Position numbers and translations under genes: made by a program. From positions 2,624,001 to 2,688,000 of the forward strand of contig CBDBCZ010000019.1 in the NCBI GenBank assembly GCA_965203295.1: DNA of 64,000 nt. Direction: 5' to 3'. Below, piece after piece: positions 52,092 to 63,212 of this stretch (position 1 is its first letter; each line of letters starts with the position of its first letter). The notes under the pieces were generated by a model. That model ran no database searches, was not told the DNA's origin, and saw nothing but the letters and a program-made list of their open reading frames with translations. Source of the DNA: Nitrospirales bacterium. Lineage in GTDB: Bacteria; Nitrospirota; Nitrospiria; Nitrospirales; UBA8639.

Positions 52092-52719
52092 CTATTTGTT
52101 TTCGGCTGAACCAATGAGATTCTGTGCCTCACATTCGCTCCGGTGACAGGTTTTGTTCCTCGCATTCCGGAGAGCGTAGGCGTACCATTCCATTTCATCG
52201 AGAAAATTTTTGGCCCGCGAGTGATATTTTTCATCCCGAGGTGTGCCCTCTTACGTTGAATGCGTTCTGTACCATTGGGATTGGGAATACCGAGGGGATA
52301 CTTGACATACCCATCTCCGCTAACATGGATCGAAGAGCGACAGAAGCCCGAACGCCTCCAAACGCCCCCGCCGAGTAGCAAACGATAGCCGAAGGTTTCC
52401 AGAAGTATTCTTCAAGGAAGTGATCCATCAAGTTAGCAAGGGCAGGAGGAACCGTATGATTGTATTCACCTGAGACGACGATGTAGGCATCAGCCGGAAT
52501 AATCAGCTTTGCCATTCGCTGCAAAACTTCTGGAGCATGTTCAGGCTCGTATTCCTTGTACATTTTGTCAAGGAGCGGCAATTGATATTCCAAAGGGTCA
52601 ATCAATGCGACATCATGGCCCCGTTCCTGGCATTTCCTCATGAAGAATCGAGCGGCTTTAATCCCTTGCCGATCAGACCGAACAGAACCGTAAAACACTA
52701 CCAACTTCAAAGGAGACAT
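52092..52719 (-). pseudogene. NADPH-dependent FMN reductase, frameshifted near C-terminus
   Basis: GSVRSDRQG, GEYNHTVPPALAN, YSAGAFGG; +1 insertion at about 52253; the remaining tail EGTPRDE...FLDEMEWYAYALR lies in another frame. Confidence 0.82.
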
Positions 52720-52797
52720 GGCACACCCCTCCCTGAACGAAACAGATTGAAATCCCTCTTGCCTTAGCGATTGTTGGCCCGGAATGGACCAAGTCCA

Positions 52798-53661
52798 TTA
52801 CTTGACCAATAGAACCGAACAGGTGGATTGATGCAAGACAGTATGGGACACGCTTCCCATTAAAAAACGGGAGACAGCCGAGAGGTTGTGCGTGCCCATC
52901 ACAATCAAGTCTGGTTTGGTTGTGGATTCCTGCTCGAGGATGGTTTCGCCCGGGGCTCCCATCCCAACAAGACCGGTCACAGCATACGGCAGGTCTCGCA
53001 ATTGAGCCACCACCCTATCGATGAACATTTCCGCGCTTTCCAGGGCATGCTTGATCTTGGACTCCGGTGCTGATACACCCGCCCTCCAAATAGATCGGGG
53101 AATGGGAACAACGGTAAAGACGGTGATTTCCGTATTTCTATGAAAGGGATGTTTCATGAGGAACTGTCTGACCATTTCTGCATCCTCAGCACTTTGAATA
53201 GAGAGCAGAATTTTTCGAAATTGCGTGATATGGGATTTCGTCACCAAAATGGAACAGTGCGCATGCATTAGCACTCCATGAGAAGTGCTTCCCAAAACAA
53301 ATTTCTGGAGCTGACCCATCCCTCGTTCCCCTATTATGATCAGGTCTATGTGTTCTTGCTTTGCGATCGAGAGAATCACTTCAGCAGGTGGTCCCTCCTC
53401 TAAGCGCTTGTCAACTGGTGCTGAGTGGTAGGAGAGGTGGGACATCGCATGTTTCAGCACCCGCTCGCCTTCTTCACGCATCGCTTGTTCGACAGTCATG
53501 GCCAGATCCTGAGCAATTTCTGGGCCGACCATGGGATAGGCTAACCGTGGAAGGTCAATGACATGAAGGGCAAGCAGACTCTTGACAGAGGCTATATGCC
53601 CAACCGCCTCGGCGGCATGATATGAAAACTCAGAACCGTCAACTGCTAGAAGCACGCGCAT
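52798..53661 (-). CDS. Tandem-domain universal stress protein
   Basis: VLLAVDGS; DLIIIG...LGSTS and DLIVMG...MGSVS...CSVLLVK repeats. Confidence 0.9.
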   Translation of the reverse strand: MRVLLAVDGSEFSYHAAEAVGHIASVKSLLALHVIDLPRLAYPMVGPEIAQDLAMTVEQAMREEGERVLKHAMSHLSYHSAPVDKRLEEGPPAEVILSIAKQEHIDLIIIGERGMGQLQKFVLGSTSHGVLMHAHCSILVTKSHITQFRKILLSIQSAEDAEMVRQFLMKHPFHRNTEITVFTVVPIPRSIWRAGVSAPESKIKHALESAEMFIDRVVAQLRDLPYAVTGLVGMGAPGETILEQESTTKPDLIVMGTHNLSAVSRFLMGSVSHTVLHQSTCSVLLVK

Positions 53662-53786
53662 GGAATGTCTCTTATGTTCAACAGATTTGCTCTCTCTCCT
53701 AACGGACGCTGTATTATAATACGACAAAAGGTTCGACGAACAGGGACAGCACGTTCACCAAAAGCTCAGATGGAACACATGAAGAC

Positions 53787-55385
53787 CTAACCCATTTCAA
53801 GAAGACTGTGATTGGGATTACGTTCCCTGGCGAAGTTTTTAGACCAAGGTGAACGGAACAGCGCAACAGGACGGTCTCGATTGTCCTTCACAATCATGGC
53901 GTCTGAAGGAGCTTTGAACGTGTCTACATCTCCGACCAGCCACGCGCTGCATTCGAAAGACATCGGGTCTAATTTGGTTTCGACACCGTATTCATTTCGC
54001 AGGCGGTATTGGAGCACATCAAATTGGAGACGGCCAACAGCGGCGACGAAGGATTCTAAATCATTCAAACTCCGGAAGATCTGAACGGTCCCTTCGGCTG
54101 TCATTTGCATCATCCCTTTATCAAAAGCCTTTCGCTTGCCCACGTCGGTAGGATGGACACGAGCGAATTCCTCAGCTTGGAATTGCGGTAAGGGTTTAAA
54201 ATTGAAGCCATCTGTGAGAGAAATGGTGTCACCAATAGCAAACTGCCCCGTGTTGATGATGCCGATAATATCTCCGGGATATGCCACATCCACCGTGTTT
54301 CGTTCCCTTGCCGCCAAACTATGAGGGCGAGAAAGCCGCACCTCGTTTCCTCCGCGGTGGTGTTTCACAACCATATCCCGTTGAAATCGTCCAGAACACA
54401 CTCGAAGAAAAGCGGTGCTGTCCCGATGTCTGGGATTCATGTTGGCTTGAAGCTTGAACACATAGGCGCTAAAAGGAATCTCGATAGGATCGACGGTGAT
54501 CTCTTGCCCATCTGCTGAGTCTGCTTGCCGTGCGCGGGCTGAAGGGGCTAAATCCACGAAGGCGTCAAAAAAGTTTTCGATCCCAAAGTTTGTCAGAGCT
54601 GAAGCAAAAAACACAGGAGTGACTTCTCCCTGTAAGAAACCCTCACGCGAGAATGGGTTGCCAGCGACTTCTAACAACTCCAAGTCGTGTTTGACTTCAC
54701 TGAGAAGATCGTCGGCAACCAACGTTTGTAAGTCTTGGCTGTCTAAAGGGATTTCCGTCTTACTCGCTTTGGAAGCCCCGCCAGCCGCCATTTTTTTGAA
54801 AAGGGATACCTGGCGGGTGGATCGATCGACCACACCAATAAAGAGACGACCTGATCCTATAGGCCAGTTGATGGGGCTTGCATGAATGCCTAGGACTTCT
54901 TCGACCTCGGCCATCAAATCCAAAGGGGGGCGACCAGGTAAATCCATTTTGTTGATAAGGGTCAGGACCGGAATTTTCCGAAGACGGCAGACTTCAAATA
55001 ACTTCCGGGTTTGCGACTCTACACCTTTCGCGGCATCGATGACCATAATCGCACTATCGGCAGCCGTTAATGTGCGATACGTATCTTCACAAAAATCCTC
55101 GTGCCCTGGCGTATCCAACACATTGATGACGTTCTGTTTATATTCAAATTGCATTGCCGACGCTGTGATAGAAATCCCGCGTTCCTGCTCCATTTCCATC
55201 CAATCGGAGGCAGCCGTTTTGGTGCTCTTGCGGCTACTGACCATCCCTGCCGTACGGACCATACCAGAATACAAGAGGAGCTTCTCTGTGAGAGTCGTTT
55301 TTCCGGCATCAGGGTGACTGATGATCGCAAACGTCCGGCGCTTTTTGGCCGCGGCACGGATTTCATTTTTAAGATGGGTGCTCAT
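53787..55385 (-). CDS. prfC: Peptide chain release factor 3
   Basis: RRTFAIISHPDAGKTTLTEKLL, SDWMEMEQERGISI, DTPGHEDF, AVGRLQFDV. Confidence 0.97.
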   Translation of the reverse strand: MSTHLKNEIRAAAKKRRTFAIISHPDAGKTTLTEKLLLYSGMVRTAGMVSSRKSTKTAASDWMEMEQERGISITASAMQFEYKQNVINVLDTPGHEDFCEDTYRTLTAADSAIMVIDAAKGVESQTRKLFEVCRLRKIPVLTLINKMDLPGRPPLDLMAEVEEVLGIHASPINWPIGSGRLFIGVVDRSTRQVSLFKKMAAGGASKASKTEIPLDSQDLQTLVADDLLSEVKHDLELLEVAGNPFSREGFLQGEVTPVFFASALTNFGIENFFDAFVDLAPSARARQADSADGQEITVDPIEIPFSAYVFKLQANMNPRHRDSTAFLRVCSGRFQRDMVVKHHRGGNEVRLSRPHSLAARERNTVDVAYPGDIIGIINTGQFAIGDTISLTDGFNFKPLPQFQAEEFARVHPTDVGKRKAFDKGMMQMTAEGTVQIFRSLNDLESFVAAVGRLQFDVLQYRLRNEYGVETKLDPMSFECSAWLVGDVDTFKAPSDAMIVKDNRDRPVALFRSPWSKNFARERNPNHSLLEMG

Positions 55386-55407
55386 GCTGATATCACATTG
55401 TTACGGG

Positions 55408-56745
55408 TTAGAGCTGGTTCAAGCGGCCTTGGGCTCGAGCCAAATTGACACGTGAGGCATTAAGGTTAAATAGACTCTTAATATGATTATCTCGAGCTTC
55501 GGCCACTGAAGCTTGAGCATTGGTGATTTCAATGTTCGTGGCGACTCCGACAGAAAATCGTTCTCTGGCAAGATTTAACTCCTTGACGGATTGCTTCAGG
55601 CCCTCCTTGGTCACCGCCACTTCTTGTTTGGCTGACTCAATGGTCAACAAGGCATCGCGGACTTCAAGCATGATCTGCAAACGAAGATCCTGCGTCCTGA
55701 TTGATTCCTGAAGAACCTTACTGCGGCTCTCTGAAATTCGTCCTTCTCGCTGCCCTCCATCAAAGATAGGGACGGATAACGCCACTTCAACATTATGAGT
55801 GGTGAACGTGTTATTCGGCTCATTGCCGGTCCGCCCAATATCTCCTTTCCCGTCAAGAGTAGGGAGTCTTTCGCTTTCCACTGAGCTGAGAGAAAGCGCG
55901 GCTAAACGTTCTCTTCTCTTTTGAGCTTTGAGTTCAACTCGTTCATCGAACGCGACTGCCAGTGCTTCCTTTGGTGTTTGGTGAGGGACTTCAACGGGTT
56001 TCAGTTCATCGGTTAACACTAACGTCACACCGAAGGGAATTCCCATGGAGCGGGTCAGATTCAATTTGGCCCGCTCTGTTTCCATTTTGGCCACGAGAAG
56101 ACGTTGCTTTTCATTTTCCAACTGAACCTTGGCACGGGTGACGTCAAGACTGGTGGCCATTCCTGCAGTTTTTCTTTCCTGTGCTAATCGAAGAAGTTGC
56201 TTGTTGAGCTTGACATCGGCTTCTCGAGCTTTAACAGCTGCTTCAAAACTGATCGCCTCCAGGTAAATAAGCGCAACGGTTGCCATGGTATCCTGCTTCG
56301 TTGTTTCAAGGTCTAGGGATGCCACTTCTATCCCTTCCCGAGACGCCTGCCAATTCTTGATCAGGCTCAAACTAAACAGATTTTGCGTGAGGAAGGCTCG
56401 TGCCCCATAAAAATCGGTGTTATCGGAAGTCCTTGGCACTCCACCGAAATTTCCTAAAAAGAATTTCCGGTTGGCTGCCGTGACATTTCCAGAAAGATGT
56501 GGCAACAAGGCACCCAGCTCTGTGAGGGACGCTGCCCGTGACTCTTTCACCTTTTCACGAAACAATTTGACTGTCGGATTCTTATCGATCGACGCTTGCA
56601 TCGCCTCACGAAGGGTCAACCTGAGCTCTGGAAGTTTAGCTAGGATCTTCTCATCAGCAGATTCAGCCAGGGCTGAATCTGTCCCTGCCGTTATCGCAAT
56701 TGCTAACGTGACGATAATCGTCACAGCATATCCCAGAGGCTTCAT
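55408..56745 (-). CDS. TolC-family outer membrane efflux protein
   Basis: Signal peptide, two OEP repeats, VPIFDGG motif; downstream of the RND gene. Confidence 0.9.
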   Translation of the reverse strand: MKPLGYAVTIIVTLAIAITAGTDSALAESADEKILAKLPELRLTLREAMQASIDKNPTVKLFREKVKESRAASLTELGALLPHLSGNVTAANRKFFLGNFGGVPRTSDNTDFYGARAFLTQNLFSLSLIKNWQASREGIEVASLDLETTKQDTMATVALIYLEAISFEAAVKAREADVKLNKQLLRLAQERKTAGMATSLDVTRAKVQLENEKQRLLVAKMETERAKLNLTRSMGIPFGVTLVLTDELKPVEVPHQTPKEALAVAFDERVELKAQKRRERLAALSLSSVESERLPTLDGKGDIGRTGNEPNNTFTTHNVEVALSVPIFDGGQREGRISESRSKVLQESIRTQDLRLQIMLEVRDALLTIESAKQEVAVTKEGLKQSVKELNLARERFSVGVATNIEITNAQASVAEARDNHIKSLFNLNASRVNLARAQGRLNQL

Positions 56746-56780
56746 TCTACTCTCAACTCCATCATGTCAGGAAAACACCA

Positions 56781-59700
56781 TCATACTTTGCTCATCCCAG
56801 TTTCGATGAGTTCCTCAGATATCATCTGGCCTTGTCGCTTGAGCTTGGCTTCCATCACTAAACTAAAGAGAGCAGGAACGACCAACAACGTGAACACCGT
56901 CGAAAGCACGAGTCCACCCAGAACGACACTCCCGATCCCTCGATACAGCTCTGAACCCGCGCCTGAAGACATCACCAATGGCAACAACCCAAACGTGGTG
57001 GTCAACATACTCATCAGGATCGGACGAACACGTGTCCGGACAGATTCGCTGATCGCTTGGCGAGCAGACATCGCGACGCCCCCCTCACCTGTAGGAGAGA
57101 GGGAGGTTCCACGCCGATCCGGATTCATGAAATTCAACGCTTGGTGTACCACCAAAATGGCATTGTTGACGACAACTCCGATTAAGATGATGAAGCCCAG
57201 CATCGTCAGCACATCGAGTGCTTGGTGCGTCACGAAGGCATTCACGAGGAACAGGCCGACAAAACCTCCAGCTGCGGCCAGAGGAACGCTGAAAATGATG
57301 ACAAATGGATAAAGAAAACTTTCAAACAGGGCAGACATGAGGAGATACGTAATGAGCAGTGCGAGGAGAAAATTCCATTTTAACGCATTATAGGTTTGGG
57401 TCAGGTCATCGGCTGTACCGGAGAGGCGGATATTGTACAACCTTCCAAAGTTGCCACTCTGCTTGATGGGAAGAATGACCTGATTGTTAATAAGATCCAT
57501 CGCAGTTTCTAACGGCATTTGGCCTGGTGGGATGACCTGAATCGTAATGGCCCGTTCTCGTTCAATATGATTAATTTGTTCAGGACCCGAAACGAGGCGA
57601 ATATCGGCAATGTCCCCAACGGTGGTCAGTTGGCCGCCACGCGTATATATGGGTATAGAAGAAAGATCCTGCGTACGAGTGGCATATTGATCTTCTCCCC
57701 GAACCGTTAGATCAATTTCATCTCCTTCAAACTGATAATCACTGGCTTTGGCCCCATCGACCAAAGCATCAATGGTCAATCCCAGCTCACGATTCGTCAT
57801 TCGGACATCTGCTGCCCGATCACGTTTCACAGCCACGCGAAGCTCAGGACTCCCTAAATCCAGGCTAGGCTTTGGCCGTACCTGAGCTGTGGGCATGATG
57901 CCCTTGACTTGCCCAAAAATTCGCCCACCAAGGGCCACTAAGGATTCAAGCTCCGGTCCCGTAATCTCGATATCGATATTTCGGCCTTCACCGAGGCCAC
58001 GCTGGAATAAACTACTTTGTGTCACGATACTGATGACACCTGGAAGATCAGCGGTGGCTTTCTGGAATAGCGGGATTAATTCTTTAATCCGTGCATCATC
58101 ATTGGTACGCCCACCTATAAACACGGATCGACCTCGAGCCACATAAAAGAAGTTGAGAATACTCGGTCCATCTAAAGCGGCTTCTTGGGAGGTTCCCGGC
58201 TTGGCTTCCCAGTACGTTCTCAGCACACTTTCAATTTTTTCCCCCATCCTGATGAATTCATCTGTGTTGTAACCAGGAGGAGGAAGGACAATACCGATAA
58301 TGAGATTTCGGTTTCCTTCAGGAAGATATTCGGCTTTGGGCAGAAGCATCCACGTCGTGCCAATGGCCAAAGCCGTTAATCCCACCACAATTCCGACACG
58401 CCACATCCTGCTTCCACAGAGGTGATAGATCAATGCACTGAACTTCTCAGATGTGAATCCGAGGCGACTGACCAAACTGTGCACACGAGTCACCCGTGAT
58501 TGCAGACTTCCTTGTTGGGATTTATTTTGATGGGTGCCCTGTGAGTCGGCTTTGGCCGTCGTCAAAATTCGTGCAGAGAGGCTAGGAATGACCGTCATCG
58601 AGACCACAAGGCTCAACCCCACTCCTGAACTGATGGCAATGGCGATATCTCGAAACAACTGACCGGCTTGTTCTTCGATGAAGACGATGGGGACAAAGAC
58701 GGCAATCGTCGTCAATGTGCTGGCTACAATCGCACCCCACACTTCACGGGTCCCTTCAAAAGCCGCTTGAGAGAGCGGCATACCCGCTTCTCGATGACGG
58801 TAAATGTTTTCCAAGACCACAATGGAGTTGTCGACGAGCATCCCGGCCGCGAAGGTCATTCCCGCCAGGCTAATCACATTCATGTTTCGGTTCAGAAACC
58901 ATAGCGTAATAAACGTACCCATAATGCTGATGGGAATCGCCAATCCAATGACTAAGGTCGTACTTCCGGAGCGAAGAAAAAGATACAGAACTGCGATGGC
59001 CAGGATACTTCCAATGACGAGGTTTTGCTGAACGAGCGAAAGAGAACTGTACACATAATCGGTTTCATCGTAGACCTGAAACAGTTTGAATCCTTGGTGA
59101 ACTAACACATCTTTATTCAACGCATCGACGGCATCCCGAAGCCCTTCCATAGTCGTAAGGATATTGGCCCCCGTTTCTCGGATGGCATTGACCGCGATAG
59201 AAGGTCGGCCCATTTCCCGGACGACATGTTGAGGATCTTTGTAGTCAAATCGGGCGGTCGCAACATCCCGCACATAAACAGGGACTCCATCTCTCCTGGC
59301 GATAATGACGTTTTCCACGTCTTGCGGGCTTTGGTATTCGCCCACGGTTCGAACGACATACGTCCGCTTGCCCTCATCAAAATCACCTGCGCTGTAGTCT
59401 CGGTTTTCCTCATCCAAAGCTCGAGTCAGATCCATCATCGTGAGAGCGCGAGTGGCCAGTTTGGCAGGATCGACGATGACTCGGACTTCTCGTTCCCGGC
59501 CTCCATAGACATTGGAAGCCGCAACACCTGAAACTCGTTCAAGGCGAGCTTTGATCACGTCCTCGGCAAAGTCTCTCATGGTTTCAATGTCAACGGGATT
59601 GCCCTCTAGCGCTTCAAAAATAAACCACCCCATAGCTGAACCCCGTGTGTAAGAACTGCTAATCACGGGTTCGTCAGCTTCCGTGGGGTATTCTTTCACC

Positions 59701-60041
59701 TGATTGAGTCGGTTGGAAACTCGAAGCAGGGTCGTATCATTGTTCGTTCCGGCTGGAAAACGGAGGATAATTTTTCCAGAATCGTAGGAGCTCTCGCCGA
59801 ACATTTTTTCCAAACCCTCGACCCCTTTCAGCTGTTCTTCTTGTTCATCAATGATCTCCCGTTCCACTTCACGAGGGCTCCCACCTTGCCATCTTGTATC
59901 GACCGTGATCTCCGGTTTGGAGGCGTCCGGCGTCAATTGAATGGGAAGCCGGACTAACGACACGATACCGAAGAGAACAACAATGATGACCCCTACCGTT
60001 GTGGTCACTGGATATCGTATGGCAAATTGGATGATATTCAT
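56781..60041 (-). CDS. RND efflux permease (AcrB/AcrD/AcrF family)
   Basis: 1086 aa, GMLVDNSIVVLENI, ASTLTTIAVFVP, GVVVNNAIL, RVRPILMS. Confidence 0.96.
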   Translation of the reverse strand: MNIIQFAIRYPVTTTVGVIIVVLFGIVSLVRLPIQLTPDASKPEITVDTRWQGGSPREVEREIIDEQEEQLKGVEGLEKMFGESSYDSGKIILRFPAGTNNDTTLLRVSNRLNQVKEYPTEADEPVISSSYTRGSAMGWFIFEALEGNPVDIETMRDFAEDVIKARLERVSGVAASNVYGGREREVRVIVDPAKLATRALTMMDLTRALDEENRDYSAGDFDEGKRTYVVRTVGEYQSPQDVENVIIARRDGVPVYVRDVATARFDYKDPQHVVREMGRPSIAVNAIRETGANILTTMEGLRDAVDALNKDVLVHQGFKLFQVYDETDYVYSSLSLVQQNLVIGSILAIAVLYLFLRSGSTTLVIGLAIPISIMGTFITLWFLNRNMNVISLAGMTFAAGMLVDNSIVVLENIYRHREAGMPLSQAAFEGTREVWGAIVASTLTTIAVFVPIVFIEEQAGQLFRDIAIAISSGVGLSLVVSMTVIPSLSARILTTAKADSQGTHQNKSQQGSLQSRVTRVHSLVSRLGFTSEKFSALIYHLCGSRMWRVGIVVGLTALAIGTTWMLLPKAEYLPEGNRNLIIGIVLPPPGYNTDEFIRMGEKIESVLRTYWEAKPGTSQEAALDGPSILNFFYVARGRSVFIGGRTNDDARIKELIPLFQKATADLPGVISIVTQSSLFQRGLGEGRNIDIEITGPELESLVALGGRIFGQVKGIMPTAQVRPKPSLDLGSPELRVAVKRDRAADVRMTNRELGLTIDALVDGAKASDYQFEGDEIDLTVRGEDQYATRTQDLSSIPIYTRGGQLTTVGDIADIRLVSGPEQINHIERERAITIQVIPPGQMPLETAMDLINNQVILPIKQSGNFGRLYNIRLSGTADDLTQTYNALKWNFLLALLITYLLMSALFESFLYPFVIIFSVPLAAAGGFVGLFLVNAFVTHQALDVLTMLGFIILIGVVVNNAILVVHQALNFMNPDRRGTSLSPTGEGGVAMSARQAISESVRTRVRPILMSMLTTTFGLLPLVMSSGAGSELYRGIGSVVLGGLVLSTVFTLLVVPALFSLVMEAKLKRQGQMISEELIETGMSKV

Positions 60042-61261
60042 GATGGGGTTGATTCTTCCAGGATTCTCACAGCCTGACCTGGTAAAAGGCGTTCGTTCCC
60101 CTGGACCACAACGGCCATCCCTGCCTCGATCTCACCCGTGACTTCGACCCACTCATCTAAATGAACCTTTGACGTCACAGGCACTTGTCCAACGGTACCC
60201 TCGTGAACCAAAAAGACAAACTCTTTCCCGCCGCGGAGAACCAAGGCGTCTTTGGGGACAACGACCCCTTCGTAAGACTGCCCAACCGTCAAGATCACCC
60301 GAGCAACCATGCCACTTTTCATTGACAGGTCGGGATTAGCTATTTCGACTTTGACAGGAAAAGTCCGGGCAACCCGGTCTGCCTGCGCAACCACGGAAAA
60401 CACCCATCCTTTGGCCTGAAAATCGGGAAGACCGTCAAAAACTGCCGAAACGTGATCGCCGACCCTGATGTCCCGAACAAATCGCTCTGGAAGTGGAACC
60501 TCAACTTGCAGGCGTGATAGATCAACTATTTCTATGACAGCCCCACCTGCTTGGACCCATTGCCCCACTTCCGTGAATTCTTTGGTCACCCACCCATTGA
60601 AAGGTGCCACGATTTGTGATTTGGTTAATCGGTCTTCAACTTCCCGAATTTTTGCATCCAGTTGAGTGACCCGCGCGCGTAGGGCCGCGTCCTGGGCTAT
60701 GGCATCGTCATGTTCCTTTTTTGTGACCAGCTCCTTTTCAAAGAGAACATGAACTCGGTTTAAGTCTAGTTGTGCTTGTTGATAGCGAGTTCTGGCCTCA
60801 TGAAGCGTAGCTTTAGCAGAGTCTAACAGAATCTGCTGTGTGTCGGTTCTCAGTCTCGCTAAGACTTGACCCTTTTTGACCTTCATACCTTCTTCTGCCA
60901 GAAATTGAGTGACGAGTCCCGCAATCTCGCTGGCCACGGTACTGCGTTTCCAAGGTTCGACCGTGCCGACTAAACCCACGGATCGCTGGATGTCCTGGGT
61001 CTTTACGCTCACCACCCGCACTGGGGAAGGCGGTCGTCCTTTTGGGGGAGAAGCGGCTTGTTGCTCACCACAAGCTGGGAGAACGAGAACAAAGAGGGTA
61101 CAAAGAATACGCTTCAACATGTGAGCATGACATTGAGAAGTAGGTAAACGTCTCATTGACTGTCGGTGATTCAACGGCGAGTATTCCTCCCCCTGGTCTT
61201 TCATCGTCAGGGACGGGATCATGATATTTATTCGATGTTGTGAGGATGGCCGGCTTTTCAA
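60038..61261 (-). CDS. RND efflux periplasmic adaptor (MFP), lipoprotein
   Basis: Lipobox LPAC, EGMKVKKGQVLA, IVAPFNG lipoyl motifs; start uncertain (TTG 61261 overlapping the reconstructed TetR stop, or ATG 61120). Confidence 0.92.
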   Translation of the reverse strand: MKSRPSSQHRINIMIPSLTMKDQGEEYSPLNHRQSMRRLPTSQCHAHMLKRILCTLFVLVLPACGEQQAASPPKGRPPSPVRVVSVKTQDIQRSVGLVGTVEPWKRSTVASEIAGLVTQFLAEEGMKVKKGQVLARLRTDTQQILLDSAKATLHEARTRYQQAQLDLNRVHVLFEKELVTKKEHDDAIAQDAALRARVTQLDAKIREVEDRLTKSQIVAPFNGWVTKEFTEVGQWVQAGGAVIEIVDLSRLQVEVPLPERFVRDIRVGDHVSAVFDGLPDFQAKGWVFSVVAQADRVARTFPVKVEIANPDLSMKSGMVARVILTVGQSYEGVVVPKDALVLRGGKEFVFLVHEGTVGQVPVTSKVHLDEWVEVTGEIEAGMAVVVQGNERLLPGQAVRILEESTPS

Positions 61262-61831
61262 TTTTTCCCAATCCCATTTAAAAAAATGGTTTGTATGAGC
61301 TCTCCCTTATCCAACAGTGATCCAGTCGGATTAGCTTGGAGAATCCAGACATACAATGGTGGAGTTCAACATTCCGTGGAGAGCGAAAGCGGCATCCTTT
61401 GGATCGACAAGCCGAAACTCTCCCTTTTGAATATCTGCCCGAATGAGTTCGGCCACGAGGTCAACCTGGTTCATGTAGAGTTTCCATTCGGAAACATAAA
61501 TTCGAAAAAAGTCTCGGTTCCGATCGGCATACGACAGTTTCACTCGGATTAATGCCGTGATCTTATCGGTGGCTGAATGAGCAGCAGAGATCTCTCTTTC
61601 CAGAGTTTCGGAAAGCTCCTCAACTTTGGCTTCAACCAACGAGATATAAATTTCTTCCTTACTCTTGAAAAACCGATACACGGTCCCCATAGCAAATTGA
61701 GCATTATGGGCGATTTCTGCCATGCTGGTTTTAAAAAACCCGTGCTTAGAGAAAAGGCATTCTGCGGCACCTAGAATTTCTTGGCGTCTGGCTTCATATT
61801 CACGCTGTTTTCGCTGTGAGCGTGGGTCCAT
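61258..61831 (-). pseudogene. TetR/AcrR family repressor with C-terminal frameshift
   Basis: HTH GFFKTSMAEIA...GTVYRFFKSKEEI; +1 base at about 61355; the native tail YVWILQ...LLDKGELIQTIFLNGIGKN-stop (61258) is in a shifted frame. Confidence 0.8.
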
Positions 61832-61853
61832 GATTGAGAATTCCCTATGCTAT

Positions 61854-61906
61854 GAATATATATTCTATTTTACGATGTGCCATTCTACAAGGTGGAATAA
61901 ACATTC
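61854..61906 (-). promoter_or_regulatory. Promoter with two putative TetR operator boxes
   Basis: Palindrome GAATATATATTC (61854-61865) and related GAATAAACATTC (61895-61906) bracket a minus-strand TTGTAG-17 bp-TAGAAT promoter. Confidence 0.6.
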
Positions 61907-62027
61907 TTTATTAGACCAGTCCTAGCGATCTTGAAAATTCTTTCTAAGTGTTCAAAATTTAAGGTGTTTTTCGAAGGAAGGGAGAACAGAAGCCTGTATA
62001 CCCAAGGCTATCATTTCAAAGAGGAAT

Positions 62028-62651
62028 TTAGGTCTGTGATCCGTTGTTGACTCCACCCGACACTCCACCCGACACCAAAAAGGCCATGACTTCTGAACTT
62101 TCCATATCGAGAGGCCTAACCTGATCACGAGGAAATATGAGAAGATTCCCAGCAAAATTGTAAGATTGGGGAAAATACACAGCCACATGATCCCCGATGT
62201 CAAACATCTCCAAACTTTTGCGCGTGACAAACCCAATGGCTTTAGCATGACCATGAGGTGTCAATGTGACAATAACCGGCTGATCAAACCGTTTCTTTTC
62301 ACCCATAAAGGCTTCAATGAGATCTTTTATAGAAGTATAAACCAGTTTCACGAAGGGGGTCCGTGTCAGAACTCTTTCGAGGGACCCCATGGCGCCCTGA
62401 AAAAAAACATTAGAAGCTAAGCGTCCAGCCAAAATGATCATCCCTACCGTAACGATGAATCCCACGCCTGGAATAGGAATATTTAACCATCCGTCTATAA
62501 CCTCAAAGACAAAAATCACAACGTAAATAGAAGCCCCCACTGGAACGAGAATGAACAGTCCCTCCAAAAAGTTTCTGACCAACGCGTTCATGTTGAGATT
62601 CCGAGAGTTCGCATACTCTCGGAATCTGGTGAAAGGGGCCTTGAAATCCAT
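62028..62651 (-). CDS. DUF502 family membrane protein
   Basis: FLEGLFILVP, PFVKLVYTSIKDL, IGFVT, VYFPQSYNFAG, VSGGV. Confidence 0.85.
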   Translation of the reverse strand: MDFKAPFTRFREYANSRNLNMNALVRNFLEGLFILVPVGASIYVVIFVFEVIDGWLNIPIPGVGFIVTVGMIILAGRLASNVFFQGAMGSLERVLTRTPFVKLVYTSIKDLIEAFMGEKKRFDQPVIVTLTPHGHAKAIGFVTRKSLEMFDIGDHVAVYFPQSYNFAGNLLIFPRDQVRPLDMESSEVMAFLVSGGVSGGVNNGSQT

Positions 62652-62896
62652 GGGCGTTTCCTATCTATTCATCATGGCGTGGATGTCAACAAGACCAAGG
62701 ACTATGAATATCTAGTGAAAGAAGGACCATAGCTTGACTCTAACTGAGAATCGGACCTGAGACAAGCCCGGTTCACACAGCCTGACAGGGGCGAAGGAAG
62801 AGCGCGGAAAGGCCGAACGGGATCAGAGTTTACAACCACGCAAAGGGTTAGGGTAGAATACTCATATACGGGTTCATGGCATAAAGGAGAAAGTCT

Positions 62897-63145
62897 ATGG
62901 CAACAAAGACCCCTTCCACGCGGGGACAAACCAAGCCGGAAACAGAGTTGTTAAATGTCATCGTAGAACGGAATGGACAACAGGTGATTACGAAATGGGG
63001 GCTTCATCCTTCTTTAAAAGAAGAACTCCTCCCCGAAGAGTGGAAAGAACTGACGGCAGTCATGGAAAAGGTCACAGCCATCGTTGGCCATCGTTTCTCC
63101 GAAGTGCTCACCCAAACTGAAAAGGATCGCTCTGGGACTGCTTAA
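62897..63145 (+). CDS. Hypothetical protein
   Basis: AAGGAG RBS, 82 aa ORF. Confidence 0.6.
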   Translation: MATKTPSTRGQTKPETELLNVIVERNGQQVITKWGLHPSLKEELLPEEWKELTAVMEKVTAIVGHRFSEVLTQTEKDRSGTA

Positions 63146-63212
63146 AATTGCACACAAGCGAACTTTCACCTAGCTATTGAGAACATTCTCCAAAGACAAA
63201 CATCCGAACATG

